DNA of 64,000 nucleotides from an uncultured Oscillospiraceae bacterium (GTDB lineage Bacteria; Bacillota; Clostridia; Peptostreptococcales; Anaerovoracaceae): NCBI GenBank assembly GCA_964612345.1, contig CAZTEH010000004.1, positions 18,265 to 82,264 of the forward strand, read 5' to 3'. Shown piece by piece: positions 18,016 to 26,843 of this stretch (position 1 is its first letter; each line of letters starts with the position of its first letter). The notes under the pieces were generated by a model. It saw only the letters and a program-made list of their open reading frames with translations, ran no database searches and was not told where the DNA came from. The position numbers and the translations under genes were made by a program.

Positions 18016-18687
18016 ATGGATAGTAAACATTTACCGCTATTAATATTTGGATCATCAGGAGCTTCAAAGGAAATATATTATTTAATTCAGCAAATGAATT
18101 TAAAAGAGAATGCATTTCTGGATGTTCTTGGATTTGTTGAAAAAGAGGAAGCTTTAGTTGGAAATTTAGTGTGCGGTAATAAAAAGGTAATCACATCAGA
18201 TAACAATATTGAACAATTTATTAATAATTATGAGAGAATTGGAATGGTCATACCTTTGGGAAACGGAAATTTACGAGAAAAGATATATTTGAAAATTCAG
18301 CAATATAATAATGTGTTTTTTCCTAATATCATTCATCCAAGTGTAATTTGGGAAAAGGATATTGTGAACATGGGTGAAGGAAATATTATTGCTGCCGGAA
18401 CAATAATTACCTGCAATTTTGTATTGGGTAACTTTAACTTTATCAATATAAATTGCACAATTGGGCATGACGTGAAGTTGGGTAATTTCAATACTATTAA
18501 CCCATTATCTTCGATTTCTGGCGATGTAAAAATTGGCAGCGGAAGTATAATCGGGGCAGGGAGTACAGTTTTGCAGGGCTTAAATATACAAGATAATACT
18601 ACATTAGGCGCTGGCGCGGTTTTAACGAAAGATACAAAAAAAGGACAAGTGCTAGTTGGAGTCCCGGCCAAGGAATTAAGGGGATAA
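18016..18687 (+). CDS. Left-handed beta-helix (hexapeptide) N-acetyltransferase of the NeuD/PglD/LegH family
   Basis: 223 aa with an N-terminal Rossmann-like LLIFGSSGASKEIYYL and C-terminal hexapeptide repeats (IGHDVKLGNFNTINPLSSISGDVKIGSGSIIGAGSTVLQGLNI). Confidence 0.8.
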   Translation: MDSKHLPLLIFGSSGASKEIYYLIQQMNLKENAFLDVLGFVEKEEALVGNLVCGNKKVITSDNNIEQFINNYERIGMVIPLGNGNLREKIYLKIQQYNNVFFPNIIHPSVIWEKDIVNMGEGNIIAAGTIITCNFVLGNFNFININCTIGHDVKLGNFNTINPLSSISGDVKIGSGSIIGAGSTVLQGLNIQDNTTLGAGAVLTKDTKKGQVLVGVPAKELRG

Positions 18688-18690
18688 ATA

Positions 18691-19584
18691 ATGAACGATA
18701 CATTAGTTGGTGTTGTCGTACATGATAAAGTAATAGAGTATTGGAAAGACTTTGAAGAGTCAATAAATAATCAATCCACAAGGGAGTTTGATTGTTTCGT
18801 TGTGATGGAGGATATTAAAGAGATATCCCCAAAGATTGAATGTAATAAACTTGAAATAAAAAAAGTGACGAAAGACACAACCCCAATCATAAATCGTAAT
18901 CTAATTATTGACTATGCTATTAAAAACCAATATGAAAATATTATCTTTTTTGATGCCGATGATTATATGTATCAAAATAAAATAGAAGAAATCATTAAGG
19001 GATTAAAAGATTCTGAAATGTATGTGCATAATATGAGAGTAGTAGACCAGAATCGTAACATAATTTCAGATAAATTTATTACTTCCACTAAAATGAATAA
19101 TACCTACCTAAATTATGAAATGATAGCTAGAAAAAATTTTATTGGTCTTGGAAACACGGGGTTCAAGACAAATGCTTTATTAGACGCATTACCTATTCCT
19201 GAGACTATTATCGCACTGGATTGGTGGATTGCTTCATGTATCCTACTTGCTGGTAGGCATGCAATATTCAATGAATGTGTGTTAACTGATTATCGTCAAT
19301 ATGATGATAACATTGGTGTACTAACTAATAATAATATTAGAAAAATAGAACAGGAAATCATTATTAAGTGTGTTCATTATGAAGCACTCCTGAGAAAAAT
19401 GAATAAGCATTGCATGTATTATGATGATCTCGGCATAGCACTTAATAAAAGTCGAAAGTTGCAGGAGATAATGAATGAAAACAATATGTCTTGGGATATT
19501 TATTTGAGCACAATTAAAACGGAAGAGCCGCTTCTATGGTGGGAGTTATCTGAGTTATTGGAGGATAAGCTATGGGAACAATAA
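18691..19584 (+). CDS. Uncharacterised GT-A-fold-like protein occupying the slot where a LegG/NeuC/PseG-type enzyme is expected
   Basis: 297 aa. The N-terminal VGVVVHDKV...INNQSTREFDCFVV and the DXD-like IIFFDADDY resemble GT2-type folds. There is no Epimerase_2 (NeuC) signature. Its 3' end overlaps the NeuB-family gene by 13 nt. Confidence 0.45.
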   Translation: MNDTLVGVVVHDKVIEYWKDFEESINNQSTREFDCFVVMEDIKEISPKIECNKLEIKKVTKDTTPIINRNLIIDYAIKNQYENIIFFDADDYMYQNKIEEIIKGLKDSEMYVHNMRVVDQNRNIISDKFITSTKMNNTYLNYEMIARKNFIGLGNTGFKTNALLDALPIPETIIALDWWIASCILLAGRHAIFNECVLTDYRQYDDNIGVLTNNNIRKIEQEIIIKCVHYEALLRKMNKHCMYYDDLGIALNKSRKLQEIMNENNMSWDIYLSTIKTEEPLLWWELSELLEDKLWEQ

Positions 19585-20636
19585 AATTGAAAAACGGGAA
19601 AATCATAGGGGACTATAATGAACCTTATATCATCGCAGAATTAGGTGCCAATCATAATGGGGACATGAAACTTGCTGAAAAAATGATAATTAGAGCAAAG
19701 GAAGCAGGTTGTGATTGCGTTAAATTTCAATCCTGGTCAAAAGATTCGGTATTTTCGAAAAAAGTATATGAAGACAACTATTTTCTAAACGATGATTATA
19801 GAAATCGGGATGACTATACCTTAGAGCAAATTGTAGATAAGTTCAGCATTTCAGAAGTACAGCTATTCCAGATGAAACTAATTTGTGATAGAGTTGGTAT
19901 TGATTTTTCTTCTACTCCTTTCTCAAAAAACGAAGTAGATTTTCTGGTTGATAAATGTGATGTGCCGTTTATTAAGATTGCATCTATGGATCTGAACAAT
20001 TATCCATTTCTGGAATACATAGCAAAAAAGAGATCACCTATCGTTTTATCTGTAGGATTAAGTGATGTCTCTGAAGTAGATGAAGCCATCAGAACAATCG
20101 AAAAAGTCAGCAATAATGAAATTATAATTCTACACTGCATATCTCTGTATCCGCCAGAAATGGAGGATATTAATCTAAATTATATGAAAACATTAAGGGC
20201 AATGTATCCTGACTACCCTGTTGGTTTTTCAGATCATACAATTGGCGTTTCTATTCCTTTGGCAGCGGCGGCTCTTGGGGCTTGTATTATCGAAAAGCAT
20301 TTTACCCTGGATAAAGAAATGTTCGGATGGGATCATAAAATATCTGCAGATTTCGAAGAAATTAAGACTATAGCCAATGATTCAAAGAGAATTCAAATAG
20401 CACTTGGAACAGGCCGAAGGATATTAAGCAACCAGGAAACAGAAAAAAGAGATGCATTTAGAAGGAGCATAGTAGCTGCGAATGACATTAAAATGGGGCA
20501 AATGATTTTAGAAAAAGATCTGGATACTAAGAGGCCAGGGACAGGCTTGCCACCCAGTTATTTACCTTTTATAGTTGGCAGAATAGCGAAAAGAGATATT
20601 TCATTTGATGAAATAATAAGCAGAGATGATATTTAG
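19572..20636 (+). CDS. legI: Nonulosonic acid synthase (NeuB/LegI/PseI family) with C-terminal SAF domain
   Basis: PYIIAELGANHNGDMKLAEKMI, CDCVKFQ, IASMDLNNYPFL, GFSDHT, IIEKHFTLDK, and a C-terminal SAF-like FRRSIVAANDIKMGQMILEKDLDTKRPGTG. Confidence 0.85.
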   Translation: MGTIKLKNGKIIGDYNEPYIIAELGANHNGDMKLAEKMIIRAKEAGCDCVKFQSWSKDSVFSKKVYEDNYFLNDDYRNRDDYTLEQIVDKFSISEVQLFQMKLICDRVGIDFSSTPFSKNEVDFLVDKCDVPFIKIASMDLNNYPFLEYIAKKRSPIVLSVGLSDVSEVDEAIRTIEKVSNNEIIILHCISLYPPEMEDINLNYMKTLRAMYPDYPVGFSDHTIGVSIPLAAAALGACIIEKHFTLDKEMFGWDHKISADFEEIKTIANDSKRIQIALGTGRRILSNQETEKRDAFRRSIVAANDIKMGQMILEKDLDTKRPGTGLPPSYLPFIVGRIAKRDISFDEIISRDDI

Positions 20637-20645
20637 GAGAAATGC

Positions 20646-21347
20646 ATGATAGCTATAATTCCTGCAAGAGGAGGATCCAAAGGCCTTCCAAGAAAAAACA
20701 TATTATCGATTAACGGGAAACCATTAATTGCCCATACAATCGAGAATGCATTAAAAGCAAATTGTATAGAAAGAGTGATTGTATCAACAGATGATGAAGA
20801 AATAGCCTCCGTTTCTTTGGAATTTGGTGCCGAAGTGCCATTTCTTAGACCTGCCGAATTAGCAACAGATGACGCCAGTGCAATAGATGTATATTTACAC
20901 GCAGTAAGTTATCTTTCCGAAAATATGCATGAAAAGATAGACAATTTTATGGTACTTTTGCCAACATCTCCGTTAAGAGATTCTACGGATATTGAAAAAT
21001 CACATGATTTATTTGTTATTGAAAAAGCGAAAACTTTGATATCAATAACAGAAATTGCAAAACCAATAGAGTGGTATCTTAAAAAGAATGATAATAATCG
21101 GATATATAATGCTGGATTTGCTACAAATTCTTTAATGGATAATAGACAAAAGTATGAAAAATTATATGTTCCAAATGGCGCAATCTATATTCTGGATTAT
21201 AAAATTCTGAAAGACCAAAGGACATATTATACTGATAATACGGTTCCATATAATATGCCGGCAGAGAGATCGATTGATATAGATAGCAGGATTGATTTTG
21301 AAATAGTAAAACATATTATGGAAAATAAGATTTCAGTTTATTTGTAA
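20646..21347 (+). CDS. legF: CMP-nonulosonic acid synthetase (acylneuraminate cytidylyltransferase, NeuA/LegF family)
   Basis: MIAIIPARGGSKGLPRKNI...NGKPLIAHTI...VSTDD...LLPTSPLR signatures. Confidence 0.85.
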   Translation: MIAIIPARGGSKGLPRKNILSINGKPLIAHTIENALKANCIERVIVSTDDEEIASVSLEFGAEVPFLRPAELATDDASAIDVYLHAVSYLSENMHEKIDNFMVLLPTSPLRDSTDIEKSHDLFVIEKAKTLISITEIAKPIEWYLKKNDNNRIYNAGFATNSLMDNRQKYEKLYVPNGAIYILDYKILKDQRTYYTDNTVPYNMPAERSIDIDSRIDFEIVKHIMENKISVYL

Positions 21348-21382
21348 CAATGACCAAGTAGATTAACGAATGAGGGCACGCA

Positions 21383-23167
21383 ATGGAATCCATAAAATCA
21401 TTTTTTAAAGTATTTACCCTATTTGATAAAAGAGAAAAAAGAAATTCAATAGTGATGCTTGGGCTCATTATAATTGGCGCAGTGGCAGAAACGATTGGTG
21501 TTGGGGCGATTTTACCATTTGTGACTGTTATCCTGGATCCCACAATTGTGGAAAAGTACGAGCCACTAGGTATGATATACAACTTATCCTTTGTGGGAAC
21601 ATATAAACGTTTTGTTGTCTTGATGTGTCTTGTTTTAATTTTAATTTTCCTCTTAAAGAGTTTGTACATGTTTTTCTTATTATATATACAAAATCGGTTT
21701 ACCTTAAATCGACAAATAGTAATGGCGAAACGTTTATTCGAATCATATATGGGCAAGCCTTATGAGTTTTTCTTTAAGAAAAACACCGCCGAGTTGCAGA
21801 GAAATGTCAATAGTTTAGTACCTGCAGTGATAAACGGATTACTGATGTCAGGGCTCTCGCTTTTGACAGAAACCCTTGTGGTCTTGTTTATTCTTGTTTT
21901 GTTGTTAATTGCTGATCCGTTTTCGGCATTCGCTATTGCTTTTGTCTTAGGAGGAATCGGTTTACTTTTTTATTCAAAGTTAAAAGATCATTTAAGTACG
22001 GCAGCGATAAAGCAGAATATGCACGTAGTGCAAATGAATAAATCTGTAATCGAGGGAATCGGAAGTATTAAAGAAATCAAGGTTATGAACAGAGAGGAAA
22101 AATTCATTAGTATCTACGAGCAGAATAGTAAGGGATATGCTAAAACGCAAGCCTTTTTTAACTTGGCCAGTCAGGCTCCAAGACTATTGATTGAATCACT
22201 CGCTGTATGCGGTATCGTTGTCATTATATTGGTTAATGCCTTAAATGAAAGAGATATGAATTCAGTATTGCCGTTGTTAGCATTATTTGCAATGGCAGCC
22301 ATAAGAATCATGCCATCCATGAATCGGATTTTAGGATATATGACTAATTTGAGATTCAATGCGGTACATCTGGAAATTATTTATGATGATGTTTTGAAAG
22401 CAAAATTAGGCGAAGGCCAAGGGTATGAGGGAAAGAATGCCACGGAGAAAACAGATAATAAAATAACATATCATTTCAAAAATAGTATTGTTGTAAAGGA
22501 TCTAACATATCGATACCCCAATACTCAGGAGAGTGTATTCGAAAAAGCTAATATGGTAATAGAAAAAGGACAATCAGTAGGGATTGTGGGACCATCAGGA
22601 GCGGGGAAAACCACATTAATAGATTTATTGTTAGGGTTACTTCGACCAACAGATGGCAGCATTTTGGCAGATGGAATTGACATTCAAAACGACATATCAA
22701 GCTGGAGAAAAAATTTAGGATACGTACCGCAGAATATTTATTTAATTGATGAAAGCATAATGAAAAATGTGGCTTTTGGAATCATGGACAGCCAGATAGA
22801 TGAGGAGAAGGTATGGGCAGCACTTGATGCAGCACAGATGAGAAGCTTTGTTGAAGCTTTACCGTATAAATTGCATACCCAGGTTGGGGAAAGCGGAGTG
22901 CTTTTATCGGGGGGACAACGACAAAGAATTGGCATAGCAAGAGCACTTTATCATGATCCGGAGATTCTGATTCTTGATGAAGCTACCTCAGCTTTAGATA
23001 CAGAAATTGAGAGGCTAATTTCAGAAGCAATTACGACAATTGGAAAAAGTAAGACGATGGTAATAATTGCACACAGGGTAAACACTTTGGAAAATTGTGA
23101 TGTGATATATAAAGTATCTGGTGGAAAAATAGTCAAGCTTGGTGCTGATCTCAGCAAGAACGGATAA
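21383..23167 (+). CDS. Fused TMD-NBD ABC exporter of the MsbA/PglK type (candidate lipid-linked glycan flippase)
   Basis: 594 aa with six N-terminal TM segments. Walker A GPSGAGKTT, signature LSGGQRQR, Walker B ILILDEATSALD, H-loop IAHR. Confidence 0.9.
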   Translation: MESIKSFFKVFTLFDKREKRNSIVMLGLIIIGAVAETIGVGAILPFVTVILDPTIVEKYEPLGMIYNLSFVGTYKRFVVLMCLVLILIFLLKSLYMFFLLYIQNRFTLNRQIVMAKRLFESYMGKPYEFFFKKNTAELQRNVNSLVPAVINGLLMSGLSLLTETLVVLFILVLLLIADPFSAFAIAFVLGGIGLLFYSKLKDHLSTAAIKQNMHVVQMNKSVIEGIGSIKEIKVMNREEKFISIYEQNSKGYAKTQAFFNLASQAPRLLIESLAVCGIVVIILVNALNERDMNSVLPLLALFAMAAIRIMPSMNRILGYMTNLRFNAVHLEIIYDDVLKAKLGEGQGYEGKNATEKTDNKITYHFKNSIVVKDLTYRYPNTQESVFEKANMVIEKGQSVGIVGPSGAGKTTLIDLLLGLLRPTDGSILADGIDIQNDISSWRKNLGYVPQNIYLIDESIMKNVAFGIMDSQIDEEKVWAALDAAQMRSFVEALPYKLHTQVGESGVLLSGGQRQRIGIARALYHDPEILILDEATSALDTEIERLISEAITTIGKSKTMVIIAHRVNTLENCDVIYKVSGGKIVKLGADLSKNG

Positions 23168-23223
23168 ATAGATAATCGAGAAAGAAATCACTTGTATAAT
23201 CGGGAAAGGCAAGGATTAAAGAT

Positions 23224-24927
23224 ATGATGACAGTAAAAAACCTTGGAGAACGATTCCAAAAAAAGAAAGAAAAATATATATTGAATCGAGAAATCATAAG
23301 AATATCAAATACGAGAGAGGAAAATAATACAAAGTTAATTGGAGAAGGTCAAAAAATACTTTTCGGGTATTCCTTTAACATTTATGAGCCCTGTAAAATC
23401 CATGATTTTTTATTGGCAAAATCGTTGCAACTAAGAGGAGCTACGATTAGTGCATTGGCTTGTAATGGTTTGCAAGAACTTCAATGCAGTTTTTATGGCG
23501 GAGAGTGGTCTGGATATAACAATGATTCCAAGCATGACAAGAACTTGCATGATAAGCATTGTAGATCATGCAAAAAAAATGATACTGAGATGTGGAACAA
23601 ATGGATGCATATAGAACCTGTAAAAGCTTCAGAAATGTTATCGGAATCGGATAAAAATGAAATAAAAGATTTTATCAACAAATTGGATATATCAAATTAT
23701 AAAGATTGGCAGTACAAAGGTATAAATATAGGGGAAAAAGCATTTGATGTTTACCGAAATAATTTATTAATTGCGACAGTGGAAATGGATGATAATATAA
23801 AAGAAAAACTTTCTGCAAGTTCATATAATGTTGCTCTAATGGTTGAAGCAACATCAAGAGCAGTAAAAAAAATCAAACCAGATATTATTTATTCCAATGA
23901 CAGTTTTTATTACCCTTTTTCAATTCTTGAGTGTGTTGCAAAAAACGAGGGGATTCCATTTTATAACGGTTATGGATTTGGCCGCAAAAATTGTTGGTCG
24001 TATGCCTTTAATGAATCTGTCATGTCAATTAATTTGGACAAGGCCTGGAATAGTTATAAACTTAAGCATCTCGATAAACAAATATATGATTTTATATCGG
24101 AGTATCTTGAGAACAGGAAATCTGGAAGTGACATGCTTCTGAATACAGCAGATCCATCACAAAATTCATCAAACTTATCAAATAGGGAAATTTTAAATGG
24201 GGTGACCTTCGACAGGAAGACCGCATTACTTGCATCCAATGTCGCTTGGGATTTAGCTGCCTTAAATAAAGATATCCAATTTGAAAATATGTTTGACTGG
24301 GTTATTAAAACAGCGCAGTTTTTTGAGGATAACAAGCAGTGGCAATTAGTTATTAGGGTACATCCGGGTGAAACGAATATGCATATTCCTGAGACTAAGG
24401 AAAAAGTGGCAGATGCACTGCTTAAGTTTTATGGGAATGAATTGCCTGATAACATCATCCTGATCGACAGTAATGACCCTGTTAGCACATATGATTTATT
24501 ACCATTTGTGGATATTGGATTAGTTTATACTTCAACGCTTGGAATTGAGATGGCGGCGAAAGGTATTCCGGTAGTCACATCTGGGAAATCACCCTATATC
24601 AATAAAGGGTTTACTTTCGATACTCAAAATCAGGAAGACTACTTTGTTATGATTGAGGATATTCTTGAGAGAGGAATTGATGAAAGAAGGAAAAATGAAA
24701 ATATAGAACTTGCAAAGAAGTTTTTCTACTTATACTACTTTAATTATATTATTGATATCAATTTATTTGAGTACTCAATGTTTGGACCTGTTAATTTGAA
24801 GATTAAGTCAGGAGATAGTTTGAAACCAGGTCACAACAAAACTTGGGATTATATATGTGAATCAATCATAAAAGGATTGCCAATTTTTGATGAAAATCGA
24901 ATTCCACCAAAAGAGATTAAAATCTAG
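23224..24927 (+). CDS. Capsule_synth (KpsS/KpsC/LpsZ)-like GT-B protein with Cys-rich N-terminal segment; candidate nonulosonic acid transferase
   Basis: 567 aa. The C-terminal half has QLVIRVHPGE...LLPFVDIGLVYTSTLGIEMAAKGIPVVTSGKSPY, which resembles the KpsS-family HP...S..G.EA...G.PV...G...Y pattern. The N-terminal part carries C-X10-C ... C-X2-C (ALACNGLQELQC...HCRSCKK). Assignment is by eye only. Confidence 0.4.
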   Translation: MMTVKNLGERFQKKKEKYILNREIIRISNTREENNTKLIGEGQKILFGYSFNIYEPCKIHDFLLAKSLQLRGATISALACNGLQELQCSFYGGEWSGYNNDSKHDKNLHDKHCRSCKKNDTEMWNKWMHIEPVKASEMLSESDKNEIKDFINKLDISNYKDWQYKGINIGEKAFDVYRNNLLIATVEMDDNIKEKLSASSYNVALMVEATSRAVKKIKPDIIYSNDSFYYPFSILECVAKNEGIPFYNGYGFGRKNCWSYAFNESVMSINLDKAWNSYKLKHLDKQIYDFISEYLENRKSGSDMLLNTADPSQNSSNLSNREILNGVTFDRKTALLASNVAWDLAALNKDIQFENMFDWVIKTAQFFEDNKQWQLVIRVHPGETNMHIPETKEKVADALLKFYGNELPDNIILIDSNDPVSTYDLLPFVDIGLVYTSTLGIEMAAKGIPVVTSGKSPYINKGFTFDTQNQEDYFVMIEDILERGIDERRKNENIELAKKFFYLYYFNYIIDINLFEYSMFGPVNLKIKSGDSLKPGHNKTWDYICESIIKGLPIFDENRIPPKEIKI

Positions 24928-24963
24928 TATGATAAGTTTTATGTGAGAATATAGGAGCAAAGT

Positions 24964-25767
24964 ATGGTAAAATACAGTTTTAAGTTTAAAGATATTGTAA
25001 TTGGATTTTGGATAAAACATTTAGGCTATAAACTCCCTAAAATTAAATATATAGAGCTTAATGAATCGTGGTGTTCGTTTGCAGTAAATAAGTTTACGTT
25101 TTATGTGAAAAAGGGTTTGTTTCAATCTGGGGAATTAGAGTATATTTGGGCAGAAGTTTTTACTAGTTATAAAAGGAATCCACATGCATACGTAAATGAA
25201 AGAATAAGAATTAATGAAGGGGATGTTGTGATAGATGCGGGTGCATGTGAGGGATTTTTCGGGAGTTTTGCATTAGAACATGGTGCCCAGCAAGTAATCA
25301 TGTTTGAACCAGTGCCTGAGCTGGTAGAGGGACTAAAAAGAACTTTTATGGAAGAAGAGAAAGCGAACAGAGTGAAAGTAATACAATTTGGTCTGTTGGA
25401 TTCTTTGACGGAAATAGTATTGACAAACACAGAGCAGCAGATTTGTTGTGCAACAACCGTTAAAGGGGTAAGTGACAAAAAGTTGTTAGCAGTTAGCTTA
25501 GATGAATATGCTACTCAAAACAAAGTCGAGAAGATAGATTTTATAAAAATGGATATAGAAGGGGTAGAAATTGAAGCGGTTCGCGGCATGGTAAATGTGA
25601 TAAAACAATGTAAACCTAGATTATCCATTGCAGTCTATCATAATTATGAGAATGCGCAAAAAATTAAAGAAATACTATTGGAAATACATCCGGACTACAA
25701 TATTACTTTTAATGGATGTTATATGTTTGAAAGACCGTATCGGCCATATTTATTGTTGGCGTACTGA
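24964..25767 (+). CDS. FkbM-family methyltransferase
   Basis: VVIDAGACEGFFGSFAL (SAM motif), IDFIKMDIEGVEIEAVRGM and RLSIAVYH are typical FkbM signatures. Confidence 0.8.
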   Translation: MVKYSFKFKDIVIGFWIKHLGYKLPKIKYIELNESWCSFAVNKFTFYVKKGLFQSGELEYIWAEVFTSYKRNPHAYVNERIRINEGDVVIDAGACEGFFGSFALEHGAQQVIMFEPVPELVEGLKRTFMEEEKANRVKVIQFGLLDSLTEIVLTNTEQQICCATTVKGVSDKKLLAVSLDEYATQNKVEKIDFIKMDIEGVEIEAVRGMVNVIKQCKPRLSIAVYHNYENAQKIKEILLEIHPDYNITFNGCYMFERPYRPYLLLAY

Positions 25768-25842
25768 TTAGAATAAGCGTTTATTTTGGAGAAAGGATAT
25801 AGGAGAGTATATTCATTGTATTTATTTCCTATCGAATGATGT

Positions 25843-26802
25843 ATGAAAACTGCAATAATAACAGGAATTACCGGACAGGATGGGGCTTATTTATCAAAGC
25901 TATTAATTGATAAAACCTATAGAATTATAGGGCTCACCAGGAGCAGTAATAGCAATAATTTGTCAAGGTTAAAATTCTTAGGAATTGAAGACAAAGTTGT
26001 CATCGAGGAATGTGATTTATGCGATCTATCAAATATACTGAGTATATTAATGAAATATAATCCTGATGAAATTTATAATTTTGCTGCGCAAAGTTCAGTA
26101 AGCGAGTCATTCGAACAGCCTATCGGAACGATATCGTTTAATGTTTTATCTGTCCTAAACTTGTTAGAAGCAATTAAATTCACAGATAAAAAAATAAAGT
26201 TTTATCAATCATCCAGCAGTGAAATGTTTGGTCAATCTCTTGAATTACCGCTTTGTGAAACATCAGCATTTCACCCGGTTAGCCCATATGCAATTTCAAA
26301 GGCAACAGCTCATTGGTGTACAGTTAATTATAGGGAAGCCTATGGGCTATTTGCATGTTCAGGTATTTTGTTTAATCACGAGTCCCCATTGAGGGGAAAT
26401 AATTTTATTATAAGAAAACTTGTTAAGCAGGCAGTTGAAATCTCAAAGGGGCAAAGAGAATATATAATGGTGGGGAATCTCGACATTAAAAGAGATTTTG
26501 GATATGCTCCGAATTTTATTGAAGCGATATATTTAATGATGCAACAAGAAACGGCATCTGACTATATTATTTGCACAGGTAAGTCAACTTCACTCAGAGA
26601 AATTGCATCCTATATTCTTGATAAATTAAATATTTCACATGATAAAATAATGGTTGATCAAAGAAATTATCGCCCTGCTGATATAATGGATACATACGGT
26701 GATGCGACAAAGGCGGCAGAAAAGCTTGGTTGGAAATGTTCGCTTAATATCTTTGAAGTGTTGGATATTTTAATACATGAAGAGGTCGGAAACAATAAAT
26801 AA
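25843..26802 (+). CDS. Short GDP-mannose 4,6-dehydratase paralogue (Gmd-like SDR, 319 aa)
   Basis: [34 protein letters not shown] and ILFNHESPLRG are Gmd hallmarks. It is about 45 aa shorter than the canonical gmd at 32957. Confidence 0.75.
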   Translation: MKTAIITGITGQDGAYLSKLLIDKTYRIIGLTRSSNSNNLSRLKFLGIEDKVVIEECDLCDLSNILSILMKYNPDEIYNFAAQSSVSESFEQPIGTISFNVLSVLNLLEAIKFTDKKIKFYQSSSSEMFGQSLELPLCETSAFHPVSPYAISKATAHWCTVNYREAYGLFACSGILFNHESPLRGNNFIIRKLVKQAVEISKGQREYIMVGNLDIKRDFGYAPNFIEAIYLMMQQETASDYIICTGKSTSLREIASYILDKLNISHDKIMVDQRNYRPADIMDTYGDATKAAEKLGWKCSLNIFEVLDILIHEEVGNNK

Positions 26803-26843
26803 GATACAAACATTTAATATGTAAGAACGGAGATGGCATTGAA

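Noticed and set aside
21316-21756. 146-aa minus-strand ORF across the legF/ABC-transporter junction
   Set aside because: It is antisense to two well-supported plus-strand genes in an AT-rich region where long spurious ORFs are expected.
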